NCBI GenBank assembly: GCA_000146465.1
Contig: CP001948.1
Length of the DNA stretch: 64,000 nucleotides
Strand: one strand, 5' to 3'
The notes under the pieces are model-generated. The model searched no databases and was not told the DNA's origin. It saw nothing but the letters and a program-made list of their open reading frames with translations. The translations under genes were made by a program, and so were the position numbers. Below are positions 23,166-33,235 of the stretch, in pieces (the stretch's first letter is position 1; each line of letters begins with the position of its first letter).

Positions 23166-23271
23166 TTAAGCAGGGAATTTCTGGAGCCTTATTTAAGATG
23201 CAAGCACTACCTGAACATCCACCTTTAAAGAAGCAAGTAAAGAACCAGAAGTAAATGTTTAATATAACTTC

Positions 23272-23667
23272 TTATTTCTTCTTCATCGTTTTGAGGGGTT
23301 TCTTGGGCCTCAGATCCTTACTGTCGCACTTTCTGCACTTCTGTGCAGACTTCCCAGACCTCGCATAACATCTTCGACAGATAAGACAGTCGTTTTTTTC
23401 CTTCATGGCCATGGCACCGTCGTTTTCAGACATGTTTCCCCCTCCTCCAAGAAGTCTGGGATACATTGTAATTGTATCGAGATTCCTTATGCCATAGCTT
23501 GCCACTGTGTTGGAATCCTCCAATATTCTAGAGTTGTGCTGCAGAACTACCATTGAAGAACTAAGTCCACAGGCGTTTCCGGCAAGGCCTTTCAAAGACA
23601 GAATAGGCTCCGATGGATCGGCCTGAACAAACGAAGTCTTTCCACAAAACCTCACTACAATCTTCAT
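23272..23667 (-). CDS. Ubiquitin-like / ribosomal protein L40e fusion. The Ubl moiety is strongly divergent from canonical ubiquitin.
   Basis: C-terminal L40e motif ...CLICRRCYARSGKSAQKCRKCDSKDLRPKKP matches CRKCYAR...NLRPKK. The N-terminal about 76-aa Ubl MKIVVRF...RLLGGG ends in a Gly-Gly-like site. The longer ORF to 23757 overlaps the neighbour, so the start is set at the internal Met. Confidence 0.8.
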   Translation of the reverse strand: MKIVVRFCGKTSFVQADPSEPILSLKGLAGNACGLSSSMVVLQHNSRILEDSNTVASYGIRNLDTITMYPRLLGGGGNMSENDGAMAMKEKNDCLICRRCYARSGKSAQKCRKCDSKDLRPKKPLKTMKKK

Positions 23668-23749
23668 TCTTAAAGGGCAAAAATTTCCAGAGTAAAATCT
23701 GTGAAGTTCTCCAGACAGCCTGGGGACAATACAAGTAAAGACATTTATT

Positions 23750-24004
23750 CTACTCAAACATTCGATGGCAAATCCAGTACACTCGGCACATGGGGCATAT
23801 TTTCCTCTGCTGGAGCCACAATGCTATGCAATGCGAATGGAAGGTGTGTTTACACTTGCCTATGCATGGCTTGCACTCGATAGGATGCTTACATTTTATG
23901 CACATCTGGTCAAAACTCTGCTGGCATATCCCGCATATATCGCTTTCTATGTCCCATTTCCAATTGTAAACAGGATAGACTTTCTTAATCTTTATTTCGA
24001 CCAT
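23750..24004 (-). CDS. RING-H2 finger protein, APC11 / RBX1-like E3 core subunit.
   Basis: 84 aa. MVEIKIKK... then the RING-H2 Cys/His spacing CGICQQSFDQMCIKCKHP..CKPCIGKCKHTFHSHCIALWL....CPMCR. Confidence 0.75.
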   Translation of the reverse strand: MVEIKIKKVYPVYNWKWDIESDICGICQQSFDQMCIKCKHPIECKPCIGKCKHTFHSHCIALWLQQRKICPMCRVYWICHRMFE

Positions 24005-24201
24005 TCTATCGGACAGGTTTTATGATTGTGGGGAGTCACTTTCGCTCGAAGATAAGCCTGTAGAAAATTCCAGACTTACAGAGAGAGCCTCATGCAATGG
24101 AACCAAAAGGCAGTTGAAAAAGACAAGATTGGATCTCTAGATGATAGAATGAAAAATTTGCAAAGAGTCCCAGAAAGAGGGAGAAAAAACGTAGCCCTGA
24201 A

Positions 24202-24753
24202 ATGGGGATAAAGTACAGCTATGAGATACATGATCCTTCGAAGGCTGTGAAGGGTAAGATCGACAATGCAAAGGTAAGCTTCAAGAAGACTAGAGAGACT
24301 TGCTGTACTCTAAGGAAGAGGAAGCTGCTTGACGCAATTCAGTATCTGAAAAACGTGATTAGCAAGACCGAATGTGTACCGTTTAGAAGATACAACCGTG
24401 GATGCGGGCAAACACACCAAGCAAGGAAGTTCAGCATACCTAGAAAAGAGATTGTGAAGGCCAATGGAGAGAAAGTGATTAAAAGGGGACATGTCCAAAC
24501 AAGAGGGAGATGGCCTAAGAAGTCTGCCGAGTTCGTAATTTCACTTCTTGAAAGCGTCAAGGAATCTGCAGAATCCAAGAGTTTGGATGTGGGAAGTTTG
24601 GTGATAACACATATCCAAGTCAGCAAAGCTCCAAAGATCTTTGGAAGGACCTTCCGAGCACATGGAAGAGTAAATCCATTCAATAAGAGCCCATGCCATA
24701 TTCAGGTTGTTGCAGAAGTGTTGGAGAGCAACGATGTTAGCATCGAGGCCTAA
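24202..24753 (+). CDS. RPL17: 60S ribosomal protein L17 (uL22).
   Basis: MGIKYSYEI...[13 protein letters not shown]...[13 protein letters not shown]...[16 protein letters not shown] matches eukaryotic L17e throughout. Confidence 0.9.
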   Translation: MGIKYSYEIHDPSKAVKGKIDNAKVSFKKTRETCCTLRKRKLLDAIQYLKNVISKTECVPFRRYNRGCGQTHQARKFSIPRKEIVKANGEKVIKRGHVQTRGRWPKKSAEFVISLLESVKESAESKSLDVGSLVITHIQVSKAPKIFGRTFRAHGRVNPFNKSPCHIQVVAEVLESNDVSIEA

Positions 24754-24810
24754 GCTACCTTACGATTAAAGGTTTTCTTCTTATTTTTTATTCCTTCCTA
24801 AAGGCCCTAC

Positions 24811-25677
24811 TTGATGCTGAACAATAAGGGAAGGATCCATTCTATGAGCGGAGGATTTAATCTAAGAGCACCAAGGGAATATGGATTGTTTGAGGACATT
24901 GATTTTCCTATGTCTTTAGATTCCATGGATGAGCTGGACACTAGAAGTAGCATAGGGGCCATGAATGGAACAGAACTCCGAAAGGATGGCATAGAGAGTT
25001 TGTTTATAAGCAAAAAGAATGACTACAAAGAAGTGAAGGAGGAGGAAAAGTTCAACCCGTACGAAGACAACTCGGGAACAACTGTTTGCTTGAAACAGGA
25101 TGACTTCATTATTGTTGCTGGAGATACAAGACATTCGTCGGACATGGTCATTAACTCTCGAGAAATGTCAAAAATATTTCGGATGGGGAACTTTCTTTTG
25201 ACCGGGACAGGATTTTATGCAGACACCTATGAAGTCTATAGGAAAATGACAGATGAAATACTCCAATACGAAGTCGATGGGCCCATGAGTATTCATAGCT
25301 CGGCAAATTTGCTCTCAAAGATTTTGTACTCAAGAAGGTTTTTCCCATACTACTCGTTCTGTACTCTAAGCGGATTTGAGAAGGGAAAAGCTTACCTTTA
25401 TCAATATGATCCTCTAGGATCTTATGATCTTACAACATGTGTATGCAAGGGAAGTGGAAGAAGCATGATTCAACCTCTGCTGGACTCGTTTATTGACAAA
25501 AAGAATTGGAATAACGCGAGTGATGCACAGATAAGCCAGGAAGACTGTATAAGACTGGTTGTAAAGGCATTCAATTCGGTAGCAGAGAGGGATATAAAGA
25601 CTAAGGACAATCTGGAGATCTATGTTGTAAGAGAACACGAGCTGACTCACCAAATTCTCCCTCTGAGAAGAGATTAA
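24811..25677 (+). CDS. Proteasome catalytic beta-type subunit with a long propeptide (Gly-1/Thr1 processing site).
   Basis: ...NSG|TTVCLKQDDFIIVAGDTRHS matches the mature N-terminus of active beta subunits, with Thr1 after Gly-1. Ntn-hydrolase fold motifs are present. The propeptide is about 90 aa. Confidence 0.8.
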   Translation: MMLNNKGRIHSMSGGFNLRAPREYGLFEDIDFPMSLDSMDELDTRSSIGAMNGTELRKDGIESLFISKKNDYKEVKEEEKFNPYEDNSGTTVCLKQDDFIIVAGDTRHSSDMVINSREMSKIFRMGNFLLTGTGFYADTYEVYRKMTDEILQYEVDGPMSIHSSANLLSKILYSRRFFPYYSFCTLSGFEKGKAYLYQYDPLGSYDLTTCVCKGSGRSMIQPLLDSFIDKKNWNNASDAQISQEDCIRLVVKAFNSVAERDIKTKDNLEIYVVREHELTHQILPLRRD

Positions 25678-25767
25678 AATCGATGTCTTATGCCTTGATT
25701 TTTTACCTTGTTGGGAGTCCCTTAATTTTTGGACGATTTTTAACCCGGGAAAGATATCCCCAAGCAT

Positions 25768-27621
25768 TTGCAGATGAATTTCTTGTTTCCCATGTTTCTT
25801 TCGCTTGTCTGCTCCGAAAACTTGGGGATTCGATATGAAGACGTGATCAGCAAGTGGGTCAATTACGAGAAGAGGAGAATGAGGGATGGGCCTCTTGGGG
25901 TTTCGCCTTCTTCGTTTACTATCGAGAATGGAATGCCTAAAAGTAGAAGGCTTCTGGACTCGAAAACAATTTGGAATCCAGTAAGGATGTTTGAAGACGA
26001 TTTTGAAGGACTAGAATGCAAAGGAGTTTTAAAAAAGATCTCTAGAGATGGAGACTCGAAATATTTGAGTGAGGGATATGAAACGCTGCTCGATGAATCA
26101 GGAATCAACTATTTGTGTCTATCGACGGCAGTTAGGCCGTTAAGAATCAGCATAGAGGGGATTACAAATGTAGCAATTGGATATAGAGGGTATTTTGATG
26201 AACAAAAGGCACAAAAACTAGGGGAATGTCTTTCTAGAGTTCTGAATGGAATGGAAGTGTGTGTTATTCCGGAATCCCTCTGTGGGTTGGTATCGAAGCT
26301 GGAGCATGTGGGAGAAGACGTTTCCTTGCACTGCATGGTAATTATGACTTCAGGGAGAAAGACAGTATTTTCACTTTACAAGGTGGAGATAAAGGACAAG
26401 GAGAGAAGATTTGAGAATCTGTTCCATGAGAGCCTTGACGGAATATCTGATTGGAAGATGGAAAGAATAGTATACGATTACATAGAGGAAAAGCTTAAGG
26501 AATACATTTCCATCAAAGACGATATTTCGGAGACAAGCAGAAACGTGGCATTCTATCCCCAGATAGAAGAGGGACGGGACTCTAGTTTGAGAATTGACAT
26601 GAGGCCTATATACAAGGAGATCAGAAATGCTCTAAGATATGAGAATCCAAGGGGAGGAGTGAAGATGGTTAATGGGGTCAGTGTTGTTGATGGAGAAGAA
26701 AATGTAAGGTTTGTTATTGAGGCACCTATTTTTAACATTGAAGAAATTCAGAAAAGACTTGAGGAATTTGTTAAAGAGAACGAAGGGGAATTTGGCAGGA
26801 TGGTTAAGGAGATAAAGAAGAAAGCGGAGGAGATTATTGAGCCAGGGGGTTACAGTGTGATGATGAGGTCTGAATTCTATGGGAATCCGATATTTGACAG
26901 GATCTTTGGCAATTTTGGCAAGAGAGACCACATAAGATCGGAAAGCATTGAGAAGGGAGCAGCAAGGATTATGAGAACAGAATATATGGTGATTGATCCG
27001 AAGATTCTACGTGTAAAAGGAAGAAGTGGAAATGGAGAAGCTTACTTGGATGAAGTCAAGGCAAGAAGGGAGATTGGAGAAATACTTGAGAAAAAGAAAG
27101 ACAAAAAACTCAGAGATATTTTTGAGCTGGTACCTGATTCATGTATAGAAGAAGCAGATGAGATCTTTTCGGACGTTAGTGAGCTGGACTCCATCAAGAG
27201 GGCAGTGGAGAAGTGGAAAGAATTGGAAGCCAAAGACGGAGAGATTAGAGAAGAGAAAAGGTTGAGAGAGCAAGCTCTGAAGGATCTAAAAGAGGCGATA
27301 ATTTCGGCAGAGAAGTTGGGAAAGAGTAATTTGGAAGTGTGGGATTCGGGATTGAAGGACGAGGTGACAAAAGCACTGGAGCATCTGAACATCATGAGCG
27401 CCGATAGCAAATATAAAAAGAAAGATATTGAAGAGGTGGAGTTCAACCTGATTATTAGAAGCAAAAGCCTGTTTAATGCATACGAAGAAAAGGCCAGGAA
27501 AGAGGCTGAGAAGAAGGAAGAAGAAAAAGCCGAGGGAGACGGAACTGAAAAGGAAGCTGAGGTAAACAAAGACTCTGAGGAGAAACCGGAGTCGGGAGAG
27601 GAGGGTAGATCTGAGCTCTAA
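25768..27621 (+). CDS. Hypothetical protein (617 aa) with a hydrophobic N-terminus and a highly charged K/E-rich C-terminal third.
   Basis: Long ORF in a clean slot. N-terminus MQMNFLFPMFLSLVCSEN could be a signal peptide. No family recognised. Confidence 0.45.
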   Translation: MQMNFLFPMFLSLVCSENLGIRYEDVISKWVNYEKRRMRDGPLGVSPSSFTIENGMPKSRRLLDSKTIWNPVRMFEDDFEGLECKGVLKKISRDGDSKYLSEGYETLLDESGINYLCLSTAVRPLRISIEGITNVAIGYRGYFDEQKAQKLGECLSRVLNGMEVCVIPESLCGLVSKLEHVGEDVSLHCMVIMTSGRKTVFSLYKVEIKDKERRFENLFHESLDGISDWKMERIVYDYIEEKLKEYISIKDDISETSRNVAFYPQIEEGRDSSLRIDMRPIYKEIRNALRYENPRGGVKMVNGVSVVDGEENVRFVIEAPIFNIEEIQKRLEEFVKENEGEFGRMVKEIKKKAEEIIEPGGYSVMMRSEFYGNPIFDRIFGNFGKRDHIRSESIEKGAARIMRTEYMVIDPKILRVKGRSGNGEAYLDEVKARREIGEILEKKKDKKLRDIFELVPDSCIEEADEIFSDVSELDSIKRAVEKWKELEAKDGEIREEKRLREQALKDLKEAIISAEKLGKSNLEVWDSGLKDEVTKALEHLNIMSADSKYKKKDIEEVEFNLIIRSKSLFNAYEEKARKEAEKKEEEKAEGDGTEKEAEVNKDSEEKPESGEEGRSEL

Positions 27622-27743
27622 GGAATTAAAATTGAGTCTTTTATATTCTGTATATGAATGGTCAGGTTTCTAAGTGGGAATTCCTTCTGCAGCACTTTAC
27701 CTGAATTTTTGTAGGGAAAAACAATAGACCCTTAGAGATATAC

Positions 27744-30700
27744 ATGGACGAGAGCCGAGAGAGATACGAGGCAGAAATGACAAAGAAGCTGGATGCATTC
27801 AAAACAGCAAAGGAATGGTCTGACTTTATTTCCCTTCTGAGCTCACTGGACAACACGATTAGGAAGTTTTCCATACCAGAAATACCAAAAAAGAAGCTTT
27901 TGTTTAAGAGGCTAAACCAGTGTCTAAATCCGGTTTTGCCTGCAGGAATCCACAACAAGACCTTGGAAACATATTCTTTGGTGTTTGAGAAGATTTCCAG
28001 AGAGAACTTCCTCAAGGAGTTTGACTTTTTGACACTGGGACTCTTCACGTTTTCGGCACATTGTAGAATTCTTGTGATAAGTTCTTTTCTGGACCTTATA
28101 GAGAAGTATATTGTTCCATTGGGGGCGGATGTGGAAAGATATTCCACAAGCATACTTATAGGGCTTCTTCCACCGATGGAGTTCGAATCTGGAGAACATT
28201 ACAGCCGAGCACACCTCATAGTAACCGAGTTTAAGTCTCTGGTTTCTCTAGAAGTATTCTACTCTTCGATGTGGAGCATCCTTCTTAACGACGAAAGACT
28301 CAGAACATCTGTGGTGAATTATATGCTAAGCCTAGGCTGGGAAGAGCAGATATTGGGGAATGAAAGACTTGTGGTAAGAGCTCTGTGTGCAGGCCTTGGA
28401 AGCGAATCGACTTTAGTGGTAAGAAACTGTTTAGATCTCCTGATTTTTGTATTTCCCGATAAGGATCACGTTTGTAAAGAGGATATGCTGGACGACCTTA
28501 CGGAGGCGGTGATAAGGTTGTTTGTAAAAAGAGACCTTTCTCTCAACAAGAGGATCTACGGATGGATGTGTATGGCAGATAACTTTAACGAGGCCGACGT
28601 GGCTTTGTTAAGTAGGGCTCTTAAAAGGTTTTTGGACAGAAACAGCGCAGAAGACATCCAACTCTTCTTTAGGATCATGATGACGCTTCAAGACAAGGGA
28701 AAGCTCTGCGAGAAGATTATGGAGAACCTTCTTTTTGATGTTCTATCCTGTCTTCAAAAGCATCAAAGGAAGGGTGTGAAGGAAAATGTAGATTCAGATG
28801 CATTTGAAGAAAGACAGGGCGAGAGCATTGATGTTGAAAAGATTGCAAGGGCATTTTTAACCACAGATCTGGATTCGATATGGAAAATATTCTATCTCCG
28901 GCTGAGAAATGTCCTGAAGGAGGCCAAGGAAAAAATGCTTTTGGACTTGAATCTAATTGACGACGAAGAGCTTAATGACAGTGTGATGAGAGAGGAGATA
29001 TATAGTATGCATACGATGTCGTTAATTCTTAATGAGGGGCAAATAGTTCTATCAGAGGGGTCTTCTCTTAATAACTCTCAGGACCGGAGTTCAAACGAAA
29101 AGATTTCAGAAGCAGAGGAAAGAAGTTCTTTCGAAGAAATAAGCCCGAGGAAAGAAGAGATAGTAGCAAAAGCGTTAAAAGTCGAAAAAAGACACCGAAA
29201 CAGAAGAGATTCAAGAAGGCCCACCCAGGTTCTTTCCTTCATAAGGTTTGCCGTGGAAAATTACTCTGTAGTGGACTCGGAAGTCTTCCACTACCATCTT
29301 CCGTTTCTGGTCCATTTAGTCCTTTCTGACTTTCTACTGTTTGACGCTCAGATTGTTTTTTCGTTTCTGGATTTCAGTGCAAAGATAATGAAGTTTAAGG
29401 AAAAACAAGTTGAAGGAGGAAGGAATCTGCAGAAGCTGATTGGGAGATTTTATCTGGAGGAGGACACCAGCGTACTGGACGATGTCTCGTCAACAATACT
29501 TTACAGCATTTCGGACAAGATTGGAATAGCTATTGAAAGTAATGTTGAATTATCTCTTCCATTAATGTCCACTTTCATTAAGATCTATGGAGAGGATGTT
29601 TTCCCCAGTGGTTTTATACCGAATTATCATAACTTCATACTGAAGTCTTCCAACAGGCTTATAAAGGAGCATCTTGAAGTTTACAAGATAATTGATTGCA
29701 CTCGACTTGATTCCCAAGCCATGTTCGATGTCCTATGGACAAGATTCTGCCACGTGGAGAAAGACCTCTATCTGGAGAATCCAAAGGAGTCTGACACCAA
29801 CAACGGAATGCAAAGGATATCCAGAAGAAACATAACAAGTAGATTCTTTATTACAGGCAAGGGACCTCACCGCAGGGCATTGGTTGAACTTCTATGGAAG
29901 TATAACGCGATCTTTGGGCGGAGCTTTGAAAAGTTTCTTCTAAAAAGAATTGGAGAAGGAGAGGTAGAGGAAATTAGTTACTTTCTCCTTCTTAAGATTG
30001 AGAATTTTAAAGGGAACTTCGACTTCTTAGAGCTGTATTACATCATTAACTGCAAGCTTGATCCTGAAGATCTGGTGTTGAACACATTTCTTTGCTCTCT
30101 TACGTGTTTTGATGATCTATTTAAGTTCCTCTTGAAGAAACTTGAGGATTCAAACATACAGACAAGTGACACCTTCTTTTCGGAGTCCATTGATCTTAAT
30201 CAGATAGTTGGAGTGTTCAAGTGCATCAAGAATCTTCTGGAGTATTCCAAAGGATTTAAGTCGATGCTTGTAGACTCTGAAGAGAAGTTGTATTCCAAAG
30301 TACTCCCTCTGGAGGAGCCGGTATCATCCAGAGAAATCTTGTATAGAATACTAGTGCATTTGCTTGTGAACAGAAAAGAATACGATGGAAGGGATTTCGA
30401 CTTGGAGATCATCAAGGTTCTCGAGGCTCTAATGAGAGGGGGGATTCTTGACAGCAGTGTGATGAATGTGGTAGATCTTTCCAAGATTGTGGATGTGGCA
30501 AAAGGATACAGAGGAGATCCTGCAATTGTGTTGGGAATTGCTCCGTTGATTAAGCATAGTGGAAACAGTATGGCAATCCAAGACCTGTGCAGTATACTTG
30601 ATAGTCAATGCTTCTACTACCATGAATTCCTAGGGTTTGTCTTTTCATTAACCGATAGACTCCAAAGAAAGGTACTTTCAAACGTGCTCTTTTCACTAGA

Positions 30701-32399
30701 AAACCAGGACTTTGCACTCATGATAGTCTCGGAAACAATAACTAACATGCTGGTTAAAAGAGGAGTTGAGGGCGAGCTGCCTGGCTTCATAGACAAAAGC
30801 ATGAAGTTTATTTTTGAGTTCTTTGAGAACCAGTACGTCGATGTAAACGAAGCAGAAAGTGAGGGAAATAAGGTTAGGAGTGTAGTTCGGAAAGACAAGT
30901 TTGATGAGCAGTCTATTGGTGGCGATGATCTGGTTGTGTTTGAGGAAAGGATTAACACAAGAATGAATGCTTTGAGATTCTCGACGGCAAAGGAGTTGTC
31001 GTCTCTGTTTTTCAAGAAGGTGCCTATTGGGTTTGTCGAGATGATCCTGGGGAATCCGCCGTGCATTCCGTTTTTGAAGTCTATTGACTTCCGGGAGCAG
31101 CTTTACATGTCAATTATGAATCTTTACTCAACAAATGCTATGAAGGTGTTCAAGTTTCTGGGCGTGCTGAACAAGGTCATGGATCCTCAGGAAATGATAG
31201 GGGTTTTCAATAAGTCAAAGAATCTTCTCGAAAAAATCTCTTCCTACAGGATAGGGTCTGACTATTCTCCCTTAAACTTTGTCTTGGACTTTCTACAGTC
31301 TCTAGACCTTCAAGAGGATGCAGAGGCTCTTGTTCAGTCGGCCATCATAAACTCCGTTTACTTCTTACAGAAAAGGTTGGATCTAAAAATAAGGAATGGA
31401 GAGAAAGAATTCGAAGATGAAATTGGATTACTTGATAGAATAACAAACTTTAAGTTCCAGGGAGTAGTTCTTTCGGCTGTTCCCAGTCTGATCACAGTCA
31501 TCCTTACCTTGGTTAATTCGAATAGTCCTAATCTCAAAAATGTCGGAATTGATACTCTTGCAAAGTTGAGCAGCAAGGGTCTTGAGGAGAAGTATTGGAA
31601 GAAAGAGTATATAGAGATATTTCATACACTTGACTTCTTTACATACCGTCTATACAAGAAGTCAGATCTCATGAAAAAAGTTGTGGCTAAAGACCCTTCC
31701 ATTATTAACGACCTGATTGTCAGGCTGGACAGTGGATTTTTTGTCTCGCAGGCATCGGATGCCAACAACAAAACTCTAGTACTGAAAAGGATCTCGTTCA
31801 TTATATTTTCAGCACCCTACAACTACTTTGCAAGCTTCTCTTTGAAGCTCATCGAGAAGATAGCGAGTCTGATAAATTATCCTTCTTCAAAGGTCAGAAG
31901 GGAGGTGTTTCTGCTTTCTAAGATGCTGGTTCTCAAGATTTCCCACGACAAGCTAATCAATCTGTATCCCATTCTTCTCTATGATATCGGGATAATAATC
32001 GAGAGTTCTGATTTTGAGGACGTGATGCTTCTCGCCGAGGTGCTGAAGCTATTGGATGTGGTGTTTCTGTTGAACACACCTCAATTTACAGAGACGAGGG
32101 TGGTGTTTCTTGGGCCTCGATGCACCACGACGATGGAAGGAGAAGGAAAGAAGCCTGGCTTAGAGAATCTAAGGGATTTGTTGAATTGCAAGTACGGGAA
32201 GGAGATTCCCAGCGAGTTCCGAAGACCTAAGAAGAAGATCCCGTTTCTGGGGCCAGGGAAAAAGGATATCGACGAGATATTGGACTTTACAAGCAATGCA
32301 TTGGAGTATTATAACTGGCTCGATGAGAACTGCTCTGAAATCGACTATGAATACCTATTCAACCTCACTCTGGAAGAGCTGACAGAAACGACCGAGTAA
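27744..32399 (+). CDS. Dopey/Dop1-family protein (Golgi/endosome trafficking, 1551 aa).
   Basis: N-terminal Dopey_N motif ...KEWSDFISLLSSLDNTI...KRLNQCLNPVLPAGIHNKTLETYSLVFEKI parallels Dop1 (KEWADYISFL...[27 protein letters not shown]). Length is typical for Dopey. Confidence 0.8.
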   Translation: MDESRERYEAEMTKKLDAFKTAKEWSDFISLLSSLDNTIRKFSIPEIPKKKLLFKRLNQCLNPVLPAGIHNKTLETYSLVFEKISRENFLKEFDFLTLGLFTFSAHCRILVISSFLDLIEKYIVPLGADVERYSTSILIGLLPPMEFESGEHYSRAHLIVTEFKSLVSLEVFYSSMWSILLNDERLRTSVVNYMLSLGWEEQILGNERLVVRALCAGLGSESTLVVRNCLDLLIFVFPDKDHVCKEDMLDDLTEAVIRLFVKRDLSLNKRIYGWMCMADNFNEADVALLSRALKRFLDRNSAEDIQLFFRIMMTLQDKGKLCEKIMENLLFDVLSCLQKHQRKGVKENVDSDAFEERQGESIDVEKIARAFLTTDLDSIWKIFYLRLRNVLKEAKEKMLLDLNLIDDEELNDSVMREEIYSMHTMSLILNEGQIVLSEGSSLNNSQDRSSNEKISEAEERSSFEEISPRKEEIVAKALKVEKRHRNRRDSRRPTQVLSFIRFAVENYSVVDSEVFHYHLPFLVHLVLSDFLLFDAQIVFSFLDFSAKIMKFKEKQVEGGRNLQKLIGRFYLEEDTSVLDDVSSTILYSISDKIGIAIESNVELSLPLMSTFIKIYGEDVFPSGFIPNYHNFILKSSNRLIKEHLEVYKIIDCTRLDSQAMFDVLWTRFCHVEKDLYLENPKESDTNNGMQRISRRNITSRFFITGKGPHRRALVELLWKYNAIFGRSFEKFLLKRIGEGEVEEISYFLLLKIENFKGNFDFLELYYIINCKLDPEDLVLNTFLCSLTCFDDLFKFLLKKLEDSNIQTSDTFFSESIDLNQIVGVFKCIKNLLEYSKGFKSMLVDSEEKLYSKVLPLEEPVSSREILYRILVHLLVNRKEYDGRDFDLEIIKVLEALMRGGILDSSVMNVVDLSKIVDVAKGYRGDPAIVLGIAPLIKHSGNSMAIQDLCSILDSQCFYYHEFLGFVFSLTDRLQRKVLSNVLFSLENQDFALMIVSETITNMLVKRGVEGELPGFIDKSMKFIFEFFENQYVDVNEAESEGNKVRSVVRKDKFDEQSIGGDDLVVFEERINTRMNALRFSTAKELSSLFFKKVPIGFVEMILGNPPCIPFLKSIDFREQLYMSIMNLYSTNAMKVFKFLGVLNKVMDPQEMIGVFNKSKNLLEKISSYRIGSDYSPLNFVLDFLQSLDLQEDAEALVQSAIINSVYFLQKRLDLKIRNGEKEFEDEIGLLDRITNFKFQGVVLSAVPSLITVILTLVNSNSPNLKNVGIDTLAKLSSKGLEEKYWKKEYIEIFHTLDFFTYRLYKKSDLMKKVVAKDPSIINDLIVRLDSGFFVSQASDANNKTLVLKRISFIIFSAPYNYFASFSLKLIEKIASLINYPSSKVRREVFLLSKMLVLKISHDKLINLYPILLYDIGIIIESSDFEDVMLLAEVLKLLDVVFLLNTPQFTETRVVFLGPRCTTTMEGEGKKPGLENLRDLLNCKYGKEIPSEFRRPKKKIPFLGPGKKDIDEILDFTSNALEYYNWLDENCSEIDYEYLFNLTLEELTETTE

Positions 32400-32420
32400 A
32401 TGTGTTTTTGATATCTCTAC

Positions 32421-32816
32421 TTGTTTTTATTTTTAGATACAAGAAATAACATGGGAAAGGCTTCAGGGCCCTGGACAAGCCGGATGAAGGATACCATGGC
32501 TATCTTCAAAAAAAATCAGAAAATATATTCTACAGGCGCCTTTGATCCGCTGATTCTAGATGCAGTGACTGGATTGAGGGAGATGGCCAGGATGGCCTAT
32601 GGGGATGAGTTACTCTATGTTGAGGCGAGGGGATGGGTGATCAGCTCTCTTTTCGGAGTAAATGACGTAGTTGTGATCTTAGTAAGCAGGGGACTAGATT
32701 CAAAGAAGCTGAAGCATATCTACGAGTCGTACCGTGTATGTGAAGCTTACAAAGACATTGGACTCATGGATATCCTTCTAAGGATGTATGGCAAAAAGGC
32801 AGGAGCAGGGAGATGA
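32421..32816 (+). CDS. Hypothetical small protein (about 120-131 aa). The start is probably the Met at 32451.
   Basis: ORF only. Possibly a longin/roadblock-like fold. Unassigned. Confidence 0.4.
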   Translation: MFLFLDTRNNMGKASGPWTSRMKDTMAIFKKNQKIYSTGAFDPLILDAVTGLREMARMAYGDELLYVEARGWVISSLFGVNDVVVILVSRGLDSKKLKHIYESYRVCEAYKDIGLMDILLRMYGKKAGAGR

Positions 32817-32882
32817 TGTATCCCAGTAGTGCCAGTGTTCTTTCAAAGGCTAATAAAAATTTTTAGCAAATGGCCCAGAGAA

Positions 32883-33186
32883 ATGGTAAGTCGGCTTTAG
32901 ACTGGTTAATTTGTAGAGTAAAGGTACAGCCAGCTTTGGAAAAAAGAACAAGAGGAACACGGAAATGTGTAGAAGATGCGGAAGACAGAGTTATCACAAG
33001 CAGAAGAATTCATGCTCATCATGCGGATATCCTACTCCGAAGATGAGAAACCCAGGGTCTATCAAGGCAAGACGTAGACGCACTGTCGGAACGGGCAGAA
33101 TGAGATACATGAAAAGAGAACTGAGGGCTGCAAAGAACGGACATAGGGGAAATCCAATATTGAGGCCCCTCTGGAGTGGAAATTAA
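32883..33186 (+). CDS. RPL37: 60S ribosomal protein L37e, spliced. Exon 1 is the ATG alone (32883-32885), the intron is 32886-32916, and exon 2 is 32917-33186.
   Basis: The ORF from 32965 encodes [22 protein letters not shown]...TGTGRMRY (the L37e zinc ribbon) but lacks the conserved N-terminus. Reading upstream in frame gives [16 protein letters not shown], which matches the L37e N-terminus MTKGTSSFGKRRNKTHT, and stops at a TAG. That TAG is the AG of a 3' splice site. An ATG immediately followed by GTAAGT lies 31 nt further upstream. Confidence 0.85.
32886..32916 (+). other. Spliceosomal intron (31 nt) of RPL37: GTAAGTCGGCTTTAGACTGGTTAATTTGTAG.
   Basis: Canonical 5' splice site GTAAGT directly after the start codon. 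Branch-like TTAAT lies a few nt before the terminal TAG. Removing it restores the conserved L37e N-terminus. Confidence 0.8.
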
Positions 33187-33235
33187 AGTGGTTTTCTTTC
33201 TGTTTTAATCAGTAATGCCTCATACATAAAAGACT

